From Chiloscyllium plagiosum (taxonomy: Eukaryota): a DNA stretch of 64,000 nucleotides. The notes under the pieces are model-generated. The model made no database searches and was not told the DNA's origin. It worked only from the letters and a program-made list of their open reading frames with translations. Shown here one piece after another: positions 23,761 to 36,751 of the stretch (position 1 is its first letter; each line of letters begins with the position of its first letter). The stretch lies in assembly GCF_004010195.1 (NCBI RefSeq), contig NC_057719.1, positions 63,365,378 through 63,429,377 of the forward strand, read 5' to 3'. Made by a program: the position numbers and the translations under genes.

Positions 23761-26479
23761 CTATCCTCCGCTGTTTTCCTGGATTTGGGAAGGATGGGGA
23801 GGAGTAGGGCTACCTGACCATGTTACATGTGTCGCTTGACCTTCTTGGAGGCCAGTTAGAGGGAGGTCTTGGTGGCAGAGCCATGGAGACCTATGTTATA
23901 GATAGGCTGACTTCAATTGAATCCCCAGGCGGCCCTTTGGAGAAGCAGTGGTCCAGGTGTTAAGGTCATTATTTGAATTTTTTTCTAAGAAATGTTGGAA
24001 ATACAATGCCTCCATCTTGGGATACCCTCTGTCACCCATCCATATTACTACTACTTTAGACTTCTTTAGCGATGGAGAACTAGCTGTTGGTACTCTGGCT
24101 TTAAAAGCCTGTCTGCTGAGCTCCGTTTTTTTTCTAAATTCAGGGAAAACCACAGATTAGTGTTTACCTCACAATATGGCTTTCTGCAACCCACCTCTTC
24201 CACCCATGTGAGCATGAAAATGGGGTTTTGAAGCCTGTGGGGGAATATCCTGATGTCTGGGTGGGAACCTGGCTAAAGCTCACGAGATAATGCTGATCTC
24301 CTTTTGTTGTTGGAAGGTTGATCTTGTTACTTAATTGCTCTTATGTGTTGGCACCCGGGTCCTAATTTTTGAAGGCGTGTAACATTAAAATGGTTCTGTT
24401 GCAGAGAACCAACAGAATGTTTGAGGGAAATGTAAGTTGCACATTCATGTAGTAAGGGATACCCTCTCAAGGATGAGACTAAGGTGTGTTGCGGCAAGTT
24501 AGAGCAAACTATTTTGCTGTATGCATTGATGTTGAATATCTCTTCAGCCAGTGCGAGAGCCAAAACAAACATTTACCCTAAAAGTAGATTAAATATTGTG
24601 ATTAAAACCTGTTTGTATATGTCATATCTTAGTACATTTCATTAGTTGATTTTCCTTTTGGAAATACTATTACACACTTGTAATAAAATTTTACTAGCAT
24701 ACGCATTTGCTTTTATGTTGAGATTAGAGTTCAAATAGCGCTGTTGAATCATACTATAGTAAAATTTATATGATTCATCATGCGCTGGGAGTGGGTGATA
24801 TCGGTAAATCAAAATTGTCTTTTTTTTTAACCCATTCTGTTCATAGTAATAGGAATCAAATATAAATCTGCCTTGACACACAGACTACAATTTTCAGAGG
24901 CTAGGAGCCTCTCTACCTTGAACTCTTTACACTGCTAATATGGAGGAAAGTATAGTTCAGCTATCAGATGTTCCTTTTACAATCATTTCAAACTGACAAT
25001 ATTGAAATTTTATATCGTAACAGTGATGCCTGGTGCAGAGGAGGGGAGGGTGAGGGTGAATAGCAGAAATTTAAATTGATAGAACATTTGAATTTGTCTA
25101 GTGCAGGATCATGCAATTATCTTTGTATATCATTCTGCAACATTCCACCATTTAGTCGAGTTCAACAGCCTCAAATATCTTGAATGGAACAGATTAAAAT
25201 AGAAAGCTAAATAAGCCTAGCTAAATCTGAGATTAAATATTTTCCATTTCAGGAAAATCCTTATAAAAATAGCTCCCTGAAATATTTCTGACCCACCGTC
25301 TGTTCATTCTTATAAATTGTGCTGAGATAGTTGCTCAAATTAATGTTGCAACCATTTACAGTGTAGATGGAGAGCTTCATTAAAATAAATCAGTAATAAT
25401 ATGCAGTCTAGTTACCTATTATCCGCTGATACTTTAGTTTGAGACAATCGCAATTTTTACAAAGCTGTAAAATTTCTTGCATTTTCACTAAATAAATAAT
25501 GAAAGGCTATATTTGATTTGTTAGATTATCTGCTGACTTGAGATTTTGGAATGGCATTAGAAAACAGCTTAATGTTGATCTTTTGGAGTGTCTTGTTGTA
25601 GAGTGGACCTTTACTTTGCAATATGACCGAGAAAGCAAAATTTGGAAATTGTATGAACTTTCTTGTAGAATAGAGGTGACTCTATAAGCTGACTGACCTG
25701 TATAATAATAATCCATAACAAGAATAATATATTTGAAAGCAAAAGAGGAAAACTTACTGTTATCTAGTAGGTTAACAATTAACTGTCATTGAAGCCCTAC
25801 ATTGAGAGTAGGAGAATATGAAAAATAAGATTTACCACTGAGGAATGTTTAGTGATTTACAAAGGTGTTACAAAGCTCTTGTTCAGAGGTATATGCTCTC
25901 GCTGTCTTTCACTTGGTTTGTGTAATTATTAAAATCTATGTTGAAATGATGAAGCCTTTTGTGTGATATATGTGGCCATTGTAATTGCCACACACTGAGT
26001 TTAGAACTATAAAAAATTGAGCAGAAGGCAGGGATTTCCTCACAATTACGCAAATATTGAGGGACTGCTGATCCCAGGTAGACCCGTAATGTCTCTTTGT
26101 AAAAGAGTAGTTTTTAAAGATTCTTGAATAGTTTTGGTTAAGGACGGAGTCGGAAAAGTGCCCAAGGAATAACTTTATATTAAAGTATTAATGTGAAATT
26201 CAGCATTTCTAATTCTAGAGTGAAGTCTGTAACCGTTGCATTAAATGATGGAAATGATAATCAACTGGTTGTAACTTGATAGTCATGTCCTTTTTAGGTA
26301 AAGGTGAAATTTTGTATTACTTTTCTTAGGTTAAATATTTACATTAAGGATCAAAACCAAGATAATTGATGAAATAGATTGACTGATAATGCAACATGGA
26401 GCTTCATATATTTTAAAGACACAATCAATCAGTTTTAAGTGTAGTGACCTTTATTAGTCATGTTGCACAGTATCTCTGC

Positions 26480-26795
26480 TGCACCATTAGTGCTACACAA
26501 ACGACATCAGATGAGTGACCAGTTAATCATCTTAATTTGCTGGAATAACAAGAACAGTGGGCTACAACTCCATGAGAATAGTAAATAGCGCTGTGGATTT
26601 TAAATGTCCGATTAAATTGAAGTCCATTCTGCCTGTAAACATCTCAGCCTAAAAGCAGGAACTTCAGGCTTTGCAGTATTTCCTGCTTACTGCCCTAGAG
26701 TGTCAACCCAGTTGGAGTTCAGGCCCTGGTTTGGAGGTTAACCATGTTAACTTTCGACCTAAAAATGCCGAGCTATTGACTGAGCACAGCTGCAT
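26480..26795 (-). mobile_element. Ancient DeuSINE-like relic
   Basis: Degenerate similarity to the 7610-7997 family (tactgccctagagtgtcaaccc..ctgagcacagctg). Confidence 0.45.
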
Positions 26796-28658
26796 AAAAT
26801 ACCTTGAAAAAAAATAAACCAGCAATGAGACTTCAGTTATCCAAGCATTCTATTTATCAGAGGATTCCAATGAAGAGTTTTGAGTGATGAGGGTTGCACC
26901 AATACTTCATATTGGAATAAGGAGATAATAAATAAGCATTTCTGCTTTTGAGAGTCATAGTCATAGATATGTACAGCATGGAAACAGACCCTTCGGTCCA
27001 ACCCGTCCATGCCTACCTGATATCCCAACTCAATCTAGTCCCAGCACCTGGCCCATATCCCTCCAAACCCTTCCGATTCATATACCCATCCAAATGCCTC
27101 TTAAAAGTTGCAATTGTACCAGCCTCCACCACTTCCTCTGGCAGCTCATTCCATACACGTACCACCGTCTGTGTGGAAAAAGTTGCCCCGTAGGTCTCTT
27201 TTATATCTTTCCCCTCTCACCTTAAACCTATGCCCTCCAATTCTGGACTCCGCGACCCCAGGGAAAAGACTTTACCTATTTACCCTATCCATGCCCTTCA
27301 TAATTTTGTAAACCTCTATAAAGTCACCCCTCAGCCTCCGACACTCCAGGGAAAACAGCCCCAGCCTGTTCAGCCTCTCCATTAAGTGTATAAGTCCTGC
27401 TAAGATTTGCTTTCCCAAAATGCGGCATCTCGCATTTATCTGAATTAAACTCCATCTGCCACTCTCAGCCCATTGGCCCATATGGTCAAGATCCTGTTGT
27501 AATCTGAGGCAACCGTCTTCGCTGTCCACTTACTAACTGTACCTTTTATGCTCACATCCAAATCATTTATGTAAATGACAAAAAGTAGAGGACCCAGCAC
27601 CGATCATTGTGGCATTCCACTCGTCAAAGGCCTCCAGCCTCCACCACCCTCTGTTTTCTACCTTCCAACCTGTTTTGCATCCAAATGGCTAGTTCTCCCT
27701 GTATTCCATGAGATCTAACCTTGTTAAATAGTGTCCCATGGGGAACCTTGTCGAACGCCTAGCTGAAGTCCATATAGATCACATCTATCGCTCTGCCCTC
27801 ATCAATCCTCTTTGTTACTTCTTAAAAAACTCAGTCATGTTTGTGAGACATGATTTTCCACACACAAAGCCATATTGACTATCACTAATCAGTCCTTGCC
27901 TTTCCAAATACATGTATATCCTGTCCCTCAGAATTCCCTCCAACAACTTGCCCACCATCGACGTCAGGCTCACTGGTCTATAGTTCCCTGGTTTGTCCTT
28001 TCCACCCTTCTTATACAGTGGCACCACGTTAGCCAACCTCCAGTCTTCCGGCACCTCACCTGTGACTATTGATACAAATATCTCAGCAAGAGGCCCAGCA
28101 ATCACTTCTCTAGCTTTCCACAGGGTTCTAGGGTACATCTGGGGATTTATCCACCTTTACCCATTTCAAGACATCCAGCACTTCCTCCTCTGTAATATGG
28201 ACATTTTGCAAGATGTCACCATCTATTTCCCTACCGTCTATATCTTCCATATCCTTTTCCACAGTACATACTGATGCAAAATACTCCTTTAGTATCTCTC
28301 CCATTTTCTGTGGCTCCTCACAAAGGCCGCTTTGCTGATCTTTGAGGGGCCCTATTCTCTCCCTAGTTACCCTTTTGTCCTTAATGTATTTGTAAAACCC
28401 CTTTGGATTCTCCTTAATTCTATTTGCCAATTCATGTCCCCTTTTTGCCCTCCTAATTTCCCTCTTAAGTATACTCCTACTTCCTTTATACTCTTCTAAG
28501 GATTCACTCGATCTATCCTGTCTATTCCTTACATATGCTTCCTTCTTTTTCTTAACCAAACCCTCAATTTCTTTAGTCATCCAGCATTCCGTATACCTAC
28601 CAGCCTTTCCTTTCACCCTAACAGGAATATACTTTCTCTGGATTCTCGTTATCTCATT

Positions 28659-29235
28659 TAGACAATAGGTGCAGGAGTAGGCCATTCTGCCATTCGAGCC
28701 TGCACTACCATTCAAAATGATCATGGCTGATCGTCCTTAATCAGTATCCTGTTCCTGCCTTATCTCCAAAACCCTTGATTCCACTATTCTTGAGAGCTCT
28801 ATCCAACTCTTTCTTAAATGAATCCAGAGACTGGGCCTCCACTGTCCTCTGAGGCAGAGCATTCCACACAGCCACCACTCTCTGGGTGAAGAGGTTTCTC
28901 CTCATCTCTGTCCTAAATGGTCTACTCCGTATTTTTAAGCTGTGTTCTCTCGTTCGGCACTCACCCTTCAGCGGAAACATGTTTCCTGCCTCCAGAGTGT
29001 CCAATCCTTTAATAATCTTTATATGTCTCAAACAGATCCCCTCTCAGTCTTCTAAACTCAAGGGTATACAAGCCCAGTTGTCCCAGTCTATCAGCGTAAG
29101 GTAGTCCTGCCATTCCAGGAATTGACCTCGTGAATCTACGCTGCACTCCCTCAATAGCCAGAATGTCTTTCCTCAAATTTGGAGACCAGAACTGCACACA
29201 ATACTCCAGGTATGGTCTCACCAGGGCCCTGTACA
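28659..29235 (-). mobile_element. Second CR1 family 3' end nested in the CR1 above
   Basis: YRALVRPYLEYCVQFWSP.LRKDI..EGVQRRFT, FTQRVVAVWNALP, with its own tail; breaks host ORF2. Confidence 0.85.
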
Positions 29236-29239
29236 TACG

Positions 29240-29620
29240 GTATGTACATATGGTCGGTGTAATAACATCGCTGAAGGTCTTGTCCAGAAAGATCTCATTC
29301 TCTCGGATGAGCTTAAGGTCCTCGAGTTCTTTCATCAGTGCTGCAATATGCTCTGTCAGTAGCTGAACGTGCACACACTTTCCACACTTATATGAGCCAG
29401 ACACACCTGAGTCGTTGATCTCCCACATCAAGCACGTAGCATACTGAGCCAGATTGGCAGTCATGTCTTCACCCTCTTCAACTGTGGCATAATCACTTCA
29501 CTCGTCCTCAACACTCAACCTCCTTGTCAAAGACTCCAGAGCTAAAGCCTCACTCTTCACTCCATAGGAACTTCCTTGGACTTTCTTTTTGGGGTAAGTC
29601 TGTGGACTTTTAATTTAGGT
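29240..29620 (-). mobile_element. Orphan CR1 5'/ORF1 zinc-finger fragment
   Basis: MTANLAQYATCLMWE..YKCGKCVHVQLL.EHIAAL.KELEDL: CR1 ORF1-type zinc finger plus coiled coil. Confidence 0.65.
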
Positions 29621-31756
29621 TAGAGGAGGAAAAGGCTTCCCATTTTCCAGCCGTCCCTTTACCTGCGAACATCTGCCCCCAATCTGCTTTCAAAAGTTCT
29701 TGCTTAATACCGTCAAAATTGGCCTTTCTCCAATTTAGAATTTCAACTTTTAGATCTGGTCTACCCTTTTCCATCCTTATTTTAAACTCTAATAGAATTA
29801 TGGTCGCTGGCCCCAAAGTGCTCCGNNNNNNNNNTCCTTTTTTATTTCTCAGTTCCACTCAAATAACTTCCCTGGATGTATTTCCGGGAATATCCTCCCT
29901 CAGCACAGCTGTAATGCTATCCCTTATCAAAAATGCCAACCCCCCCTCCTTTTTTGCCTCCCTTTCTATCCTTCCTTTCGCATTTGTATCCTGGAACATT
30001 AAGCTGCCAGTCCTGCCCATCCCTGATCCATGTTCCTGTAATTGCTATGATATCCCAGTTCCATGTCCCTAATCATGCCCTGAGTTCATCTGCCTTCCCT
30101 GTTTGGCCCGTTGCATTGAAATAAATGCAGTTTAATTTATTAGTCCTACCTTGTCCCTGCCTGCCCTGACTGTTTGACTCACTTCTGTTCTCAGCTGTAC
30201 CCGTCTCAGATTGATCTCTTTCCTCACTATCTCCCTTGGTCCCACCGCCGCGCCCCCACACCCCACCTTACTAGTTTAAATCCTCCCGAGCAGCTCTAGC
30301 AAATTTCCCTGCCAGTATATTAGTCCCGTTCCAATTTAGTTGCAATCCGTCCATCTTGTACAGGTCACATCTACCCCAAAAGAGATTCCAATGATCCAAA
30401 AATGTGAATCCTTCTCCCATACACCAGCTCCTGCTCTATCCTCCTATTCCTGCCCTCACTACCTCGTAGCACCGGGAGTAATCCAGATATTACTACTCTT
30501 GAGGAACCTTTTTCAATTTCTGCCAAACTCCCTGTAATCTCCCTTAAGAATCTCAACCTTTTCCCTTCCTATGTCGTTGGTTCCAATGTGGACAATGACC
30601 TCTTGCTGGCCCCTCTCCCCCGTGAGAACATTCTGCACCCTCTCTGAGACATCCTTGATCCTGGCACAGGGAAACAACACACCATTCTGATTTTTCGTTG
30701 CTGGCCACAGAAACATCTGTCTGTACCTTGGATTAGAGAATCCCCAACACAGTTGATCTCTTGGAACCCAACATACCCCTCGTTGCATTAGAGCCAATCT
30801 CAATACCAGAAACTTGGCTGTTGGTGCTACGTTCCCCTGAGAATCCACCCCCTACATTTTCCAAAACAGCATACCTGTTTGAAGTGAGTATATCCACAAA
30901 AGACTCCTGCACTATCTGCCTACCTCTCTTACCTTTCCTGGAGTTAACCCATCTATGTGACTGTATCTGAGACTCTTTTCTCCCCCCCCCTTCCTATAAC
31001 TGCCATCCATCACATACTGTTGCTGTTGCAAATTTCTCATTGCATCCAACTGTCTCTCTAACCGATCCATTCGATCTGATAAGATTCGCAGCCAACAGCA
31101 TTTATGGCAGATATAATCCGCAGTAACCCTTCAACTCTCTTTAAACTCCCACATCTGACAAGAAGTACATATTACTCTATCAAAGGCCATTTTTGCTCCT
31201 TCGCAATCTACAGACCCAGAAATTAACACAATCTTATTCGTCTACAAACACTGCCCCAGGTTAAATTAATAGTTATGGCTTATATTTTAAGTTTAATCAA
31301 GAGGCATATTTCCAAAAACATATAATCAGGAAAGAACCCACTCTACTCACTACTGCAGATTCTCACATCAAACAACAATTAACTTATCTGATTCTGTGCT
31401 GTGAACTTCACTCAGCAGTTCCTCCAAGATCAGTTGTGAATTTTACTGTTTGTTAATTTTCCCAGATGCACTCCGATGTCCAATGATACATGAATTCAAA
31501 CAGCAAAGGGCAGTAGCTGTGCAGGTTCTCTCTGTCTCCCCCTCCCCTCCCCCCCCCCCTTCAATGACCTCACCATGTGCTTCGTTTGTCTGTTCTTCCT
31601 TTTAAAACTGCTGTTGTTTTGACTGTTTTGGAACTTTGGAAAAAAAAATGCAACAGCATATGAAACAGTAATTTCTGCTCCTGGAATTTGAGGAAATCAC
31701 CTCCAGCACCTAAAGTACCTCAAAAAAGGAGCAGCTGTTACAGCTTTTTCTCGAAT

Positions 31757-32190
31757 TAGAGTCATAGAGTCCTACAGCACAGAGACAGGTCCTTCAGCTC
31801 AAACTAGTCCATGCTAACCAAAACATCCATCCACGCTATCCCCATTTCCCAGAACTTGACACATATCCTTCTAAACTTTTCCTATCCATGCGTTTTTCCA
31901 AATGCCTTTTAAATGTCATTAATGTACCCATCTCAACCACTTCTGCTGGCAACTCATTCCATATGTTTGCCACCCTCTGTGTAAAAAAAAAAAAGTTGCC
32001 CCTCAGGTTCCTTTTCTTCTTTCCCTTCCAACCTTATGCCCTCTAGTCCTTGGTTCCTCAACCCTGGGAAAAGGACTGAGTGCAATCACCATATCCATGC
32101 TTCTACACTTTATAATGTGTCCCCCCCCCCCTCCAAGTCTCCTACACTATCAAGAAAAAAGGCCTAGCTTCTCTAACCTCTCCCTATAAG
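31757..32190 (-). mobile_element. CR1 3' tail fragment
   Basis: Same layout as tails at 12506 and 26950 (agagtcatagag..cagctcattcca..gttgcccctcagg). Confidence 0.75.
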
Positions 32191-32325
32191 GAAGACTCAT
32201 TGGCTGAGTCACATGAGTATCTGCTATATATGTGGTGGGTGGTGTTCACATGTGTGATGGTAATATCCATGTTGATGATCTGGCACATCTTGTAGAGGTT
32301 ACAGTGGCAGGGTTATGTGGTGTGT
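32190..32325 (-). mobile_element. PLE (Neptune-like) Cys-rich linker fragment
   Basis: Minus strand reads PCHCNLYKMCQIINMDITIT..THH..RYSCDSAN, like the Cys-rich linker preceding GIY-YIG. Confidence 0.55.
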
Positions 32326-33391
32326 AGTAAGAAGTAGATTGAAGAACTTTCAGAGGGCAGGAATGTAATTGCTGAAATATTGGTCATGGCAGACAAATAG
32401 AAAAAGCTTAGGCACAAAGAATATCCATTTTGATTTGAATTCCAGATACTGAGGAAACCAAGTAGGATTTTCTTTCTTACAAAAAGGAGTAATAATAACT
32501 AGATGTGCTAGTGGAACAGTGAGCATTCAAGTTTTGGTTTGTGATTACTTCAGTGGGGCAAAATTTATTCTGGAATTAAGGATCTTTTAATGATCACACT
32601 GCTGATTAATCATGATAATCATGTTCCTTTTCAAATTGCACTTCTATCTACTTGTACGTGAAGAAAAAGATGTACTGCATTGTATCCTATGAGTGAATAA
32701 CTTTGCTTTGAGGTTGTCAAAACATTCCCTTTAAAATGCTTATTGTAGAGCATTCGATCATGGCAGATATGCTCTTCACCCACATTTTCCTGCCCTCGCT
32801 CCATATCTCTTCAATCCTTACCAATTAAAAATCTGTCTACTCTTTCTTAAATTTACTCACTGTCCCAGCATCCACCGCACTTTGGGGTAATGATGAGACT
32901 ATGGTTGATTGTGGCCTTAACAGTTCTTTTAGCAGGGCTTGACCCCCCTTAACACTTGTTCATCAAAAATCTGTTGAACTTGAATATACATTCAATCACC
33001 CAGCCTCCACTACTGTCTGGAAGAGCATTCCAAAAATAATGACCCTTTGGGAGAAGAATCTCATATGACTATTCATACAATTAGGTGCAGAAATCTGAGA
33101 TTTGGTCTTTCGAACTTGCTCTTCCATTCAGGAAATTCAGGGCTGATCTATTTGCCTTTTGAATTCCAAATTCTAATCTACCTCTGATAATTTCTTTGCT
33201 AACCAGAATCAATCTACCTCCAACTCAAAAAAATTCAATGATTCTGCCTTTGCTGCCTTTTAGGCAGTGTGTTTCTCAGAATTCCTGCTTACCCCTATAT
33301 TATACTGGAGATTCTTTATTTGTGGGTTATGTGCCCGTTAATTCTGGATTCTCCCCCAAGAAGAGTCATTGGTAGTCATAATTTGGAAGTA

Positions 33392-33516
33392 CTGGTGTTG
33401 GATTGGGGTGTATGAAATTAAAAATCACACACCAGGTTATAATCCAACAGGTTTATTAGGAAGCACTAGCTTTCAGAGCGCTGAATTATAACCTGGTATT
33501 GTGTGATTTTTAACTT
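33392..33516. mobile_element. Fold-back pLTR end of a second PLE family
   Basis: ttaaaaatcacacaccaggttataat..ttataacctggtattgtgtgatttttaa inverted pair; same family as 44910-45018 and 57562-57680. Confidence 0.7.
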
Positions 33517-33534
33517 CCCACAAGGGGAGACACC

Positions 33535-33910
33535 TTAGAATCACAGAGGCCCTTCAGCCCATTGAGTCTGCACTTACAAAAACTACTCCAAGTCTATACT
33601 AGTCTGACTTCCTAGCACTTGGCCCATAGCTTTAAATGTTGCAACATTGTAAGTGCTATCCAAGTCCTTTTTAAACATTGTGAGGCTTCCTGCCTCAACT
33701 ACCCTCCCAAGCAGCGAGTTCCAGATTCCCAGCACCCTCTGGTTGAAAAACCTTTTCCTCAAATCCCCTCTACACCTCCTGCCTCTCACCTTAAAATTAC
33801 ATCTCATTGTTATTGACCCTTCAACTAAGGGGAACCGCTACTTTCTATCCACCTTTTCCATGCCTCGCACAATCTTACAATCCTCAATCAAGTCCCGTCT
33901 CAGTATCTTG
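33535..33910 (-). mobile_element. CR1 3' fragment
   Basis: FKVRG..DLRKRFFNQRVLGIWNSL..FKKDLD. Confidence 0.75.
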
Positions 33911-35784
33911 TATGTTCTGATAAGGTTACCTTATTCTGCTGAACAGGGTGTGAGCCCCGTTGGCAGAAGATGTCTCATAAATTCAGTGTTATTGAAGTTT
34001 AACTAGTGCATTTGATAAAAATTACTAGTTTATCATTTTAGAGGTCACTCTTGGTTTTTCTTTTGATCAATTTCTTCTGGGCTATGGCATGACTTTCTTC
34101 CATCTCTTGATGTATCATAAATCAACATCAGTAAAGTTGCCAAATCCAAGTTTTTCTTCTGTGCTTTTGATAAAATGTGTGATGAAACCTTCAGACAAAA
34201 TTTGTCGTGCGCTACCCTGAGACATTCCAGAATGTTTGTTGGAGCAGTATTGAATTTGGAATAATGCTTCGTGGCTCTTGTAAGATGTCTGCCTGCAGTC
34301 TGTGTCAGGACAGAATCCTGATTAGTTTTGAGGATGTCGGAGTGTCACCATTTTCATTTGCCAGTTTAGTCTGACACATTGACCTTTAGTTTGGAGTAGT
34401 AAAATTCGGATGTACGTGTGAATTGTGTGTCTGTTGTATTTATTTGTATGCAGTTCGTGAACATTAATTGGGCATTCACTGTTGCTCCTATCAATAGGAA
34501 CAGGTATCAGCTATGGCTGATGGCTTAGAAGATGCATGATTTGAATGTATGAATCAGTAAATAAACACTTGTAAATGTATGGAAAGATTTGGCTCCAGTT
34601 CCACCCTTCACTATTTGGCTTTTTAGATTATAAGACAGCGCTTTTCATAAAATTTAATTTGGTTTTCACAAGAAAAATGCCTATGACCTCCAGGATACTC
34701 AACTGTAGCAGTTTTTCTTATATTCTGCTCCTTGTTGGAAATCCGCCCTGGTAAGATAATGAAAAAGTAATGAGCAAGTAATCCTTCAGATCAGCCAGTG
34801 AGCATTAAAATTTGAAGTTGGAAAAGTGACTTAGGATATAGATTTATTAGAATTTTTTTTAATCAGGACCACAAACATGCATAATGTTATGAATTCTAAC
34901 ATTAGATGAATAGTAACTTAATATAATGAAAATTAGGCCAGTTAAGTTTTGTAGTCAAAGGTGCTAAATGTTCTAGATAAACCCCCAACAGACATTTTAT
35001 CTTTTTGTGTCACATTTACAGTGTGATCTCGCTTATTCTCTCGATTGGAGCAATAGCCAAGATTATGGCAAATAGTCTTTGTACGAATCTATGCTTGTCC
35101 TGCTCATTTTTGACATCTTAGCATCATGATCTGCAGACATGGCGTGAGCTTCCACATGTCTGCTGAGAATGTCTGGTTCTAATTCAATCAAACTCTCCCA
35201 TTATATATTGTCAGCTTGCTTGTCTAGCATCTAACCTTGAGTATTGGACAAGCTGTTTGATAAATAAGAGGCATTATTCACTTCAACGAACAATTGGGGT
35301 GAGTGAAGTGATAGGTCTTGACTTCACTGTAGATTACATATTCTAGCTACCTGTTTGTTCTCGTACCTTTGCTATTGACGGAAGCAAAATCAAACTACAG
35401 AATTTTGCGATATATTCTGTTGCACACCAAGATGGATCAGGTTCAAAAGGGATTTGCTCAAATGGTTCCAGGAATTGGGGAATTCAGCTGCAGGGTTAAA
35501 TTGAAGAAGCTGGAGTTGTTCTTGGAGCAGGGACTTTGAAGGAACTTAACTTGCAGGGCATGGGGAGCAGGGTTGCTCCACAGATAATTATTATAGACTC
35601 AATTAGTCAATTGCCCTCCTCCTGTGTCATAGTGGCTCTGTGTAATTTGCACTTCCCTGTGTTAATTTGTGATGTTGCTCTTTCTAATTTTTGAATATTT
35701 TCCTCATTCCCGATCTTGGAACTATGTTCTCCTTTGACTCTGGCCTTTTATGCATTCCACATACCTCAGATCAAATATTTACCC

Positions 35785-35914
35785 CACTGGCTACTTGACA
35801 AAGGAGCAGTGCTCTGAAAACTTGCACTTTCAAATAAACCTATTGGACTATAACCTGGTGTCATGTGATTTTTAACTTTGACCACCCCAGTCTTAACACT
35901 GGCAGCTCCACATC
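35785..35914 (+). mobile_element. PLE pLTR 3' end (second family), degenerate hammerhead
   Basis: cttgacaaaggagcagtgctctgaaaact..aataaacctattggactataacctggtg..ccccagtc. Confidence 0.65.
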
Positions 35915-36751
35915 AAATTATTGTCGTCAGGAGCTTCATTTGCCTCTACACTTTTCTGAAATTGCCTGCCTAAGTACTGCAGTTTTGCAACTTTCTTGTG
36001 CCCTCCAATCCTTTCTAAAACTGAATACTTCTAAAACGTTTTTATCATCCCTTATCTTCTTAGACAATTAACTTTGAGACAAGCAAAAGAAGTAGAAGGA
36101 TTATAGAGGAAAAAGAAGAGTGAATTAGTGTCAAATCAAGTAAGAAAAGAAATAGAGAAGAATGAAAGGTAAGATTGAAAGAGAGAAAAACGGAGACAAA
36201 GGAAATATATAATGAAGAAAATGAAAATGTTGTATTCAAAAATCTCCTGAAAATAACTTGCTAACTAGAGGAGTAAGACTTTACAGCTTCAGTTGTTTCC
36301 TTTCTGAACTGAAGAGGTTATGCAAAATTAGAGAGTTAATATCACAGCTGCAACACTAGAAGAGGCCCTCAGCCCATTGTGACCATGCTGGCACATTGTA
36401 AGAGCAGTACACCGAATGTCACTCTTCAGTCAATTCTCTGTAGCCCCTCAGATCTTTCCTTTTCAAATGATGATCCGTCTTCCTTTTGGATATTTTCTAA
36501 TCAACACATTCAGAGATGTTATTACACACTCCTAGAGCAGCTGGGACTTGAACCCAGGCCTCCTGGCTCTGAAGTAGGGACCCTACCACTCTACCATAAG
36601 AAACCTTTTCTGTTGTTCAATACTGACATGTAAAGGCTTTTAAGGAAACTTTTGAATATCACAATTGAACCTGCTTCCACCACACATTCTAGGTATTAAT
36701 TACACATTATATGATATTCCTCATGTCACTATTGCTGGAATATAAATTTCA

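Larger units (their letters stand above)
26950..31750 (-). mobile_element. Near-full-length CR1 LINE (5'UTR, ORF1 zinc finger + SGNH esterase, ORF2 EN-RT, 3' tail), with deletions and nested inserts
   Basis: ORF1: CxxC..CxxC N-terminus (~31190-31090), VIVHIGTNDIG, VVISGLLPV. ORF2: LNCIYFNA..KADELRA, LNWRKANF, PEDWRLANVVPLYKKG..PGNYRPVSLTS, SQYGF..KSCLTN. Tail (ctatga)n at ~26950. Confidence 0.92.
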
